DNA of 46,551 nt. Origin: Promethearchaeota archaeon. GTDB taxonomy: Archaea; Asgardarchaeota; Lokiarchaeia; Sigyniarchaeales; SOKP01. The stretch lies in the NCBI GenBank assembly GCA_048941265.1, contig JBHLNT010000011.1:1-46551 (forward strand). The letters are read 5' to 3'. Shown piece after piece: positions 39,402 to 46,551 of the stretch; positions within the stretch are counted from its first letter, which is position 1; each line of letters begins with the position of its first letter. The notes under the pieces are model-generated. The model was not told where the DNA came from and ran no database searches. It saw only the letters and a list, made by a program, of their open reading frames with translations. Both the position numbers and the translations under genes were made by a program.

Positions 39402-41519
39402 ATGGTTTTTGTAGAACAAATAAGGGAATATAAAAATAAAAGTAAATACCTAAAAAATTTATTACCGAGGGTCTTTAGAACGGAAGGGGATGTAGTTGAG
39501 TTTGATCCTTTTAAAATTGAAAATAGTATAATTAATGAAACTGGATTGAATAAAAAAACTGCCAATAGATTAACTGAAATTGTAGTGAGAAGGATCATAT
39601 CATCAGGTATTCAATTTCTTTCAGGACCTCATATCAGGGAAATTGTTTGTTCTGTTCTTTCGGAACAACACTATGAAGATCAGAGAAAATTATATACTCG
39701 AATTGGGATGCCTTTAATGGATTATGAAGCTATTTTGGACCAAGGAGTTAACGAAAATGCTAATCAAGACATGAATCCCGAAAGTATTCATCATTGGGCC
39801 GCTAATCGAATATCAGAAGAATACGCGCTTTTAAGACTTCTAGATTCAGAAGAAGCTAAGGCTCATATGTATGGTGATATCCATATTCATATGCTCAGAT
39901 ATTTTGATCTTCGTCCTTTCTGTCAAGAATGGGATCCTCGCATGATTCTCGAGCATGGTTTACCCCCAGTGGAAAGTTGGCCGCATTGCAGTAAATCAGC
40001 TCCTGCAGGAAGTTTAAGAGTTGCTGTAACTCATTTGGCAAAGTGGTTAGGCATTATCCAAGGAGAATTTTCAGGTGGACAAGGGTATGATTATATAACT
40101 ACATTTTTAGCGCCCTATGCACGAGGAATTTCAGATCGAGAAATTCAACAATCCATGCAATGCTTAATCTTTGAAACTAACCAAATTTTCGCGGCACGAG
40201 GAGGACAAGTACCTTTTACTTCAATATCTTGTACTCCAACTGTACCTGAAGGTTTAATTAAGATTCCTGCGATAGGACCGCATGGAAAAATTATTGGGTC
40301 TTATGGAGATTATAAAGAAGAATGTTTAAGACTTTTTGATGCTTTAACCGATGTCTATATTAAAGGGGATCAAAATGGAAAACTTTTTGCCTTTCCAAAA
40401 CATGAAATAAAAATTAAAAAAGAATGGCTAAAAGAATTTGAACCCTCTTACTTAAAATTAATGGAAGAAGTAGCTAATATGGGCACCCCATATTTTCTAA
40501 ACATGTGTCCGGATTGGATGCCCGATGAAATACATAGTCAATGTTGTAGGAAATTTCTCAGCGGAAATGAAATCATTAATAAATGTATTTTAGATCCTGA
40601 AAAACGAAAAAGTGCTAACGTATGGGAAAATTATGTGACAATTGGTTCACTTCAAAGCGTAAGCTTGAATCTCCCAAGATATGCCTATTTATCTCGAAAT
40701 GAAGACGATTATCTTAAAATATTAGAGGAAAAAATGGAACTCTGCGCTAAAATTTTAATAAAAAAATGGAAATTAATGGACAGAAGATTAAAATCTGGAC
40801 ATCTACCACTCTGTAGCGGCACAATTAAAGGAAAATCAATATTCAAATTACAGGATCAAAACCTCTCAATAGGATTTACAGGATTAAACGAAGCCGTTAA
40901 AAGTTTAACTGGAGAAGAACTCCATGAAAGCGATAATGCCTACAATCTGGGCAAAAAAATACTGGAATTGATGGTTGCTAAGTGTAATACCATGACCGAA
41001 CGAGATGGATATTCCTATTCTCTATGGGAGCAACCTGCAGAGAGTAGTTCTGGTCGCTTTGCTAAATTGGATTTAAAGCACTTTCCTAGGAAAGCAATTC
41101 CTCAGTCGTCAGGTAATTCTGCCTATTATACAAATTCAGGTCATTTCAGATATGATGCTGATATTTCCTTATCAGAAAGAATAAAAAAGCAAGGAGATTA
41201 TCATCCTATTGTAAGTGGTGGTGTAATTACGCATATTTGGCTTGGAGAACAGAGACCAGACATTCATGGTCTATGGGAGCTTACAAAGAATATCTGTCTT
41301 AACACAAATACCGCATATTTTGCGTATACAACAGATTTTACTTATTGTCCACATTGTCGAAAAATGTTTCGAGGTGGTAGTTTTACTTGTCCAAAATGTG
41401 GATCACTTGACGCTAAAGTCTATTCTCGAATTACTGGCTATTACAGTGAAGTTAATAGATATAATGCAGGAAAGATTGCTGAATGGAAAGCTCGTAAAAG
41501 GGAAAATAATTTCTTTTAA
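39402..41519 (+). CDS. nrdD: Anaerobic class III ribonucleotide reductase with ATP cone
   Basis: ATP cone, GDIHIH, SGGQG, QCCR, EQPAES, CPHC/CPKC, SRITGYY glycyl-radical motif. Confidence 0.95.
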   Translation: MVFVEQIREYKNKSKYLKNLLPRVFRTEGDVVEFDPFKIENSIINETGLNKKTANRLTEIVVRRIISSGIQFLSGPHIREIVCSVLSEQHYEDQRKLYTRIGMPLMDYEAILDQGVNENANQDMNPESIHHWAANRISEEYALLRLLDSEEAKAHMYGDIHIHMLRYFDLRPFCQEWDPRMILEHGLPPVESWPHCSKSAPAGSLRVAVTHLAKWLGIIQGEFSGGQGYDYITTFLAPYARGISDREIQQSMQCLIFETNQIFAARGGQVPFTSISCTPTVPEGLIKIPAIGPHGKIIGSYGDYKEECLRLFDALTDVYIKGDQNGKLFAFPKHEIKIKKEWLKEFEPSYLKLMEEVANMGTPYFLNMCPDWMPDEIHSQCCRKFLSGNEIINKCILDPEKRKSANVWENYVTIGSLQSVSLNLPRYAYLSRNEDDYLKILEEKMELCAKILIKKWKLMDRRLKSGHLPLCSGTIKGKSIFKLQDQNLSIGFTGLNEAVKSLTGEELHESDNAYNLGKKILELMVAKCNTMTERDGYSYSLWEQPAESSSGRFAKLDLKHFPRKAIPQSSGNSAYYTNSGHFRYDADISLSERIKKQGDYHPIVSGGVITHIWLGEQRPDIHGLWELTKNICLNTNTAYFAYTTDFTYCPHCRKMFRGGSFTCPKCGSLDAKVYSRITGYYSEVNRYNAGKIAEWKARKRENNFF

Positions 41520-41560
41520 TAATATTTAAATTTTATAAGAAGTATGTAAAATTTATTATC

Positions 41561-42307
41561 ATGAATATTGGCGGCATAATTGATATTTCTACAAAAGATA
41601 TTCCAAATAAAGCAGCCATGGTCATTTTTACTAAAGGGTGTAATTTCAATTGTGAATTTTGCCATAACAAGTATTTATTAAAAAATAATATTGGGAAAAA
41701 AATTAAAATTAAAGAACTAATTAAATTAGTAAATAAGAACTCGTTGGTTAATAGTTTAAGTATTACAGGGGGAGAGCCAACACTTCAAGAGGATTTAATA
41801 GATTTTTGTAAAGAAATTAAGAAGTTAGGGAAATATATTAGTATAGATACAAACGGCTCTAAACCTGAAGTCATTCAACAATTGATTCCTTTTATTAATA
41901 GAATTGCCTTAGATATCAAAGCACCGTTGAAACAAAATAATTTAAAAAGAGTTGTTCGTCAGAAAATAAGTCCAACATTCATTCTTAACACATTTCTTAT
42001 GTTAAATAAAATTAAGACAATTGCTTTTGAAATTAGAACTACTTATGTTGAAAATCTATTGAAACCAATAGATATTCATGAGATAATTGCATTTCTCAAG
42101 GAACATAGTTTTTCGAGTAATTATGTCTTGCAACAATATCAATATTCTGAAGGAGTTGGTGAAAAATTTAAAAACAAATTTCATATGCCGTCACATCTTA
42201 ATTTGCTCAATATCCTTAAACCTTATAAGGATCAACATTTACCATTTGATATTTATATTAGAGATGATATAGTTGGTTATCGCAACCTTATTGAATTAAT
42301 TAAATAA
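41561..42307 (+). CDS. nrdG: Anaerobic RNR activating radical SAM protein
   Basis: GCNFNCEFCHN, ITGGEPTLQ, DTNGS, DIKAP; follows nrdD. Confidence 0.92.
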   Translation: MNIGGIIDISTKDIPNKAAMVIFTKGCNFNCEFCHNKYLLKNNIGKKIKIKELIKLVNKNSLVNSLSITGGEPTLQEDLIDFCKEIKKLGKYISIDTNGSKPEVIQQLIPFINRIALDIKAPLKQNNLKRVVRQKISPTFILNTFLMLNKIKTIAFEIRTTYVENLLKPIDIHEIIAFLKEHSFSSNYVLQQYQYSEGVGEKFKNKFHMPSHLNLLNILKPYKDQHLPFDIYIRDDIVGYRNLIELIK

Positions 42308-42410
42308 TTTGAGTTAGTTAAAATTTCACTTAAAAAGCCTTGCTTAAGTAGATTTTTTTAATTGCTTTTTTTATTTTCAATTTAAATATTATTAGGACAT
42401 ATTTTTTATC

Positions 42411-42728
42411 ATGAGTGAAATAAATACATTAAAAACAATTCAGAAAAAAATTGATGAGTTTATAAGGAATCATGGGGAATATTGGCCTCCTCTTTCTATG
42501 CTTAGCGCAGTTATAGAAGAGATTGGAGAATTAGCACGTGAGATAAATCATTTAGAGGGATTTAAACCAAAAAAATCAACAGAGAAGCAAATTGATATTG
42601 GTGAAGAGCTTGGTGACATTATTTTTGCAATTATTTGTCTAGCAAATTATTATAATATTGATTTAGATGAAAAAATAAACTACATTATTGATAAATACCA
42701 AAAAAGAGATTCGACTCGTTTTATTTAG
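42411..42728 (+). CDS. MazG-like nucleotide pyrophosphohydrolase
   Basis: EEIGELARE...EELGD, KYQKRD. Confidence 0.9.
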   Translation: MSEINTLKTIQKKIDEFIRNHGEYWPPLSMLSAVIEEIGELAREINHLEGFKPKKSTEKQIDIGEELGDIIFAIICLANYYNIDLDEKINYIIDKYQKRDSTRFI

Positions 42729-42864
42729 AAAGTAGAGAGAGAACTAAATCTTTATTTTTACGGAATTTAAGAATATAAGGGTATAATATTTTAATTCCAT
42801 AGATAATTCTTACTTTTAATCTATTGAAAACAGATAAATGTAAAAATTCACTTTTATTATAGAA

Positions 42865-44046
42865 ATGTTAAGAGAAGGTTTAAAAAAGAGTGAAATAATA
42901 AGAATTTTAGGAAATAAATTATCTAAAGATTATTCTTATGAGTCGGGATATATTCTAGGATCAATGTGCTCTGAGCCAATTGATTTTGCAAAAGAAATAT
43001 ATTTTAAATATCTCTCTAAAAATTTAGGAGATCCCGGACTATTCCAAGGTACGGCTAATTTAGAAAAGGAATTGGTAACTGAGATTGGAATGCTTTTTGG
43101 TGGTAAAAATATTGTAGGATCGATAACTTCTGGAGGAACCGAGGCAAATCTTATGGCTATGCGAATAGCTAAAAAACTTAGACCTGATCTTAAGAAAGCT
43201 GAATTTATAGTACCCCTTAGTGCTCATGCATCCTTTGATAAAGGAGCTGATATGATGTTTGGGGGTATAAAGCTTCGTAAAGCAAATTTGGACAATAATT
43301 ATAAAGTAGATCTGGATCATTTCGAAACTCTTATAAATAATAATACTTGCGGAGTGGTTGGGATTGCAGGAACAACCTCATTGGGAATTGTTGATCCAAT
43401 AAAAGAAATGGGCAAAATTATTGAAGGGAAAGGTATATTTTTTCATGTTGATGCTGCCTTTGGGGGTTTTGTTCTTCCATTTCTAAGTGAACTGAATTAT
43501 AAGGTGCCTCCTTGGGACTTTCGTGTAAAACAAGTAAATTCTATAACAGCAGATCCTCATAAAATGGGACTTGGACCAATACCAACTGGAGGTTTTTTTT
43601 TAAGAGATCATTCTATTTTAAAAAAAAATGGTTTTGATATTCCATACTTGGCAGGTGGAAATTTTAAACATCTCCATTTAGTCGGAACTAGACCTGGGGG
43701 GCAGGTTATAGCGTTCTGGGCAATCATTAAGTTGTTAGGCATAGAAGGATTTGTTAAAATAGTAAAGAAATGTATGGATAATACAAATTATTTAATGAAA
43801 TTAATAGCTGAGATTAATGGAATTAAGCTGGCGACTACACCTGAAATGAATATTTTAGGAATTACTACTGAAAGCGGGAAAAGTATACTTGAAATTGACG
43901 AAGAACTACGAAAGAGAAAGTGGATGCTCGGTAAATTCATTAAGTTAAATTTAATCAGAGTAGTTATAATGCCACACGTAACTAAAAAGCATTTATTGAA
44001 CTTTGCTAATGATTTGGAGGATATCGTAAAGAGATTGAAAATTTAA
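42865..44046 (+). CDS. mfnA: PLP-dependent tyrosine/aspartate decarboxylase
   Basis: ILGSMC, NLGDPGLF, SGGTEAN, HVDAAFGG, DPHK, GTRPG, RVVIMPH. Confidence 0.92.
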   Translation: MLREGLKKSEIIRILGNKLSKDYSYESGYILGSMCSEPIDFAKEIYFKYLSKNLGDPGLFQGTANLEKELVTEIGMLFGGKNIVGSITSGGTEANLMAMRIAKKLRPDLKKAEFIVPLSAHASFDKGADMMFGGIKLRKANLDNNYKVDLDHFETLINNNTCGVVGIAGTTSLGIVDPIKEMGKIIEGKGIFFHVDAAFGGFVLPFLSELNYKVPPWDFRVKQVNSITADPHKMGLGPIPTGGFFLRDHSILKKNGFDIPYLAGGNFKHLHLVGTRPGGQVIAFWAIIKLLGIEGFVKIVKKCMDNTNYLMKLIAEINGIKLATTPEMNILGITTESGKSILEIDEELRKRKWMLGKFIKLNLIRVVIMPHVTKKHLLNFANDLEDIVKRLKI

Positions 44047-44060
44047 AACAAATTCTTTTA

Positions 44061-44672
44061 TTATTCCAAATCTTTCCAAGAATTTAGTTCAAAAATTTTA
44101 AACTTTTTACCAATTATATGTGATATCTTATCTAATTTATTTAATATCAAAATATCCGTAGGATTTTCTTTTTCAAAAATAAAGATTATATCGCGTTTGC
44201 TCCAATCCTCATTTGCTAGTTGATTTATAAGACGTTCACATTTTTTTTTGATATTTTCTAACGCTTTTTCTGATAAATTTGGATTAATTATTGTATAATC
44301 TTCTATAAATAAAGGTCCGCCTGATACAATTAAATTACGGGGATCAATTCCAATGTTTTTTAACTTTTTTTTTGATGAATTAGCTGAAATTAAGATTATT
44401 GTATTACTTTTTACTAAATCTAATATTTTATTTTTTAAATCTTCAGAGGGCTCTATTACCCTCATATCTTCATCACTTAAATACGCAGAGAAGATTGGGT
44501 TGAGCTTTTGGTAGAGAGCTTTTAAATTTGATAGAAAGCTTTTGTATACTACTTCATTTAGATTGTAATTTGGGACTGTTTTTCGAATTATTATTTTAAT
44601 ATCAATTAGGTCATCTATTGCCGTCAATAAAGCTTTCACTTCCTCTGAATATAGTTTCTTCATTTTGTACAC
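44061..44672 (-). CDS. Hypothetical archaeal protein (DUF2100-like)
   Basis: KKKLKNIGIDP..IVSGGPL..DY..INP pattern; family recalled, not searched. Confidence 0.6.
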   Translation of the reverse strand: MYKMKKLYSEEVKALLTAIDDLIDIKIIIRKTVPNYNLNEVVYKSFLSNLKALYQKLNPIFSAYLSDEDMRVIEPSEDLKNKILDLVKSNTIILISANSSKKKLKNIGIDPRNLIVSGGPLFIEDYTIINPNLSEKALENIKKKCERLINQLANEDWSKRDIIFIFEKENPTDILILNKLDKISHIIGKKFKIFELNSWKDLE

Positions 44673-44813
44673 CCAATTATATTAACATAAATAAGGAAAA
44701 ATAATTTTATTAGTTATCGTTTGACTGTCGTTAAATAAATATTTAAAGACTAAAATTAATTTAATATTTAGTAGAGATTTATATGGGACAATTATTTATA
44801 ATAATGAGTTCAC

Positions 44814-45506
44814 ATGGGAAAAGAAAAAAAACCGAAGCTTGGAATAAAAACTTCTAGATATTATACAAAACAGTGTGATAACTGCAGTTCTGAATACCCA
44901 AACTGGTTTACTAATTGTCCTAACTGTGGAGCTGCATGGGATGAAGCAAAAGAAATACAAGATGCCGGAGAAAATATTAAAAAAACTATAAAAATCGTAG
45001 TAAAAATCACTGAAGAGGATTTCACTGAAGCTATTAATATTGTAAAACTGATATTTAGCGCAAATCAAGGGCAAAATTGGTATCAAATAAAAATGGACAT
45101 GAAAATGGATTATTATATAGCTGAAATAGCTGAAGTACCTCTTGGATCAGTCATAATGTACTATATTGAAGTTAGTTTGGAAAACGGTGAAACATTCACA
45201 GAAAATAATAATGGAAAATATTTCTATTATAAAGTTGGCTCTTCAATTGAAGATAATGAAATAGATTCACTAGAATCTGAAAAAAAAACAATAAAAGATA
45301 ATTTAACTGATTCACGAATACCTGCTCAAGATTATCATCCAGAATTAAAGACGTTTAATGATAAAACAGCTGAGAATAACAATAATACGACTATATTCGG
45401 AAAACCACAAACTCAAGTTGATCCAAATTTAAAATTATGTCCTCACTGTAATTCAAAAATAAAGAAAATGTGGAGTAAATGTCCCCTATGTGGTAAGGAT
45501 GTTTAA
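44814..45506 (+). CDS. Protein with N- and C-terminal zinc ribbons flanking a beta-sandwich
   Basis: CDNC..CPNC; YYIEV...ENNNGKYF; CPHC..CPLC. Confidence 0.75.
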   Translation: MGKEKKPKLGIKTSRYYTKQCDNCSSEYPNWFTNCPNCGAAWDEAKEIQDAGENIKKTIKIVVKITEEDFTEAINIVKLIFSANQGQNWYQIKMDMKMDYYIAEIAEVPLGSVIMYYIEVSLENGETFTENNNGKYFYYKVGSSIEDNEIDSLESEKKTIKDNLTDSRIPAQDYHPELKTFNDKTAENNNNTTIFGKPQTQVDPNLKLCPHCNSKIKKMWSKCPLCGKDV

Positions 45507-45589
45507 TAATATCAAATTTTTATTAAATTACACTCTTTTTGCTTACTTTAAAATCAGTTTATAAAGAAAGTAAGGTAAAGATATTAAAT

Positions 45590-46551
45590 TTATAGTTTAG
45601 CACCACACTTATTGCAAAATGCGTAATCCGAAGAAAGCATTGCCCCACAATACTGACATATTATAATATCTTTTCGTGTGCTTTGAGTTTTTGAAGAATC
45701 AGTAACTTTAGGAATAATTGGCTCAGGGGTAGTATCAAAAAATTCGGGTAAATGTGGAGTACTTGGAGTTTGTTTTACGTCCTTTTCGAAATCTGCCACA
45801 TTAGGTATAATTCTAAGAGTTGATGACTCTTGCTTATCAGTAGTAGTTTTATCTCCAAATGGGATAAATGAAGCGCTTTGAGCGGGCTCGGGTGGTTCAG
45901 ATTTTTGGGTTAACGTTTGAAATAAGGTTGAGACTTCAGGTTCCTTTTTTTCTGGTTGGGCTGCTTGAAATGGTACAAATGTTTCTTTTTTTTCTTGAGG
46001 AGAAGTGTGGAATGCCATAAATGGTTGAGTTTCGCCTCCTAATTCTGGTATTGCTTCTTTTTTGCCTACTTTCTGCATTTCTTCTTTTAATTTTGCTGCT
46101 TTTTCCCGTTTCTTTTGAAGTTCCTTTTCCTTCTCCAATTTAGCTTTTTCTTTCTCTTTTTTTGCCTTCTCTTTTTCCTCCTTCCCAGCTTTTTGCATTT
46201 CCTCTTTAAGCTTTGCCGCTTTTTCTTTTTTCTTTTGAAGTTTCCTTTCTTTTTCCTCTTTCTTTTTCTGTTTTTCTAATTTTTTTCTTTCTTTCTTAGA
46301 AATTATCGTTTCAGGCATATAATCAACAAGCAGTTCAGATACGGGTTCAGATTTTTTAAATTCTTCTGGACCAGGTGCCGGGACTGGGATATTTGATGTA
46401 AAAGGGATTGCTTTGGGCTTATATGCTGGTGGTTCTGATGACACTGAGATTTCAGATTTCGTATTAAAGGGAGGTTCTGGCTCTACCTTTTGAACTTCTT
46501 CTGATAATATTTGTTCTGGAGTTTTAAATTCAAATTCCATTGTGTCTCCAG
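45590..46551 (-). CDS. Low-complexity protein with C-terminal zinc ribbon (probably 5' truncated)
   Basis: Pro/Glu-rich, K/E-rich helix, CQYC..FCNKCG; frame is open to the window edge. Confidence 0.7.
   Translation of the reverse strand, partial: GDTMEFEFKTPEQILSEEVQKVEPEPPFNTKSEISVSSEPPAYKPKAIPFTSNIPVPAPGPEEFKKSEPVSELLVDYMPETIISKKERKKLEKQKKKEEKERKLQKKKEKAAKLKEEMQKAGKEEKEKAKKEKEKAKLEKEKELQKKREKAAKLKEEMQKVGKKEAIPELGGETQPFMAFHTSPQEKKETFVPFQAAQPEKKEPEVSTLFQTLTQKSEPPEPAQSASFIPFGDKTTTDKQESSTLRIIPNVADFEKDVKQTPSTPHLPEFFDTTPEPIIPKVTDSSKTQSTRKDIIICQYCGAMLSSDYAFCNKCGAKL
46060..46250 (-). repeat. Two-copy intragenic repeat, 120-nt offset
   Basis: LQKKKEKAAKLKEEMQKAGK / LQKKREKAAKLKEEMQKVGK. Confidence 0.85.

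Noticed and set aside
3674-45086. Numerous 60-110 aa ORFs overlapping recognised genes (e.g. 4940-5266, 19136-19363, 36219-36422, 41242-41529)
   Set aside because: Antisense or alternate-frame overlaps of well-supported genes, with no motifs
1-46551. CRISPR arrays, transposases, integrases, rRNA, selenoprotein UGA read-through
   Set aside because: No spaced repeats, mobile-element genes, rRNA-like segments or UGA-interrupted conserved genes seen by eye

Overview
AT-rich archaeal chromosomal segment, most likely from an Asgard archaeon (Lokiarchaeia-like; inferred from a roadblock-Rab GTPase fusion, a longin protein, Elf1, PolD, an unsplit RpoB and CarS). Most of it is housekeeping: pelota, RtcB/archease, cdc6 plus DP1/DP2 with a candidate origin, cbf5, rpoH/rpoB, TFE, MBF1, PAN, NAC, nrdD/G, mfnA. 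Two things stand out. (1) Small bulge-helix-bulge (BHB) introns are pervasive. All three tRNA genes carry introns at non-canonical positions, and tRNA-Leu(GAG) has three. The protein-coding TFE-alpha gene is interrupted by a 28-31 nt BHB-like hairpin whose removal restores the frame and the conserved motif, so it is a candidate mRNA intron. (2) A candidate actin/membrane-remodelling module at 2.4-6.2 kb: a coiled-coil + GPPPPP polyproline + VASP-FAB/WH2-like helix protein, an adjacent all-helical BAR-like protein, and an unannotated 49-aa WH2-like microprotein. Two genes also appear to start at ATA. All family assignments are by eye, without database searches.
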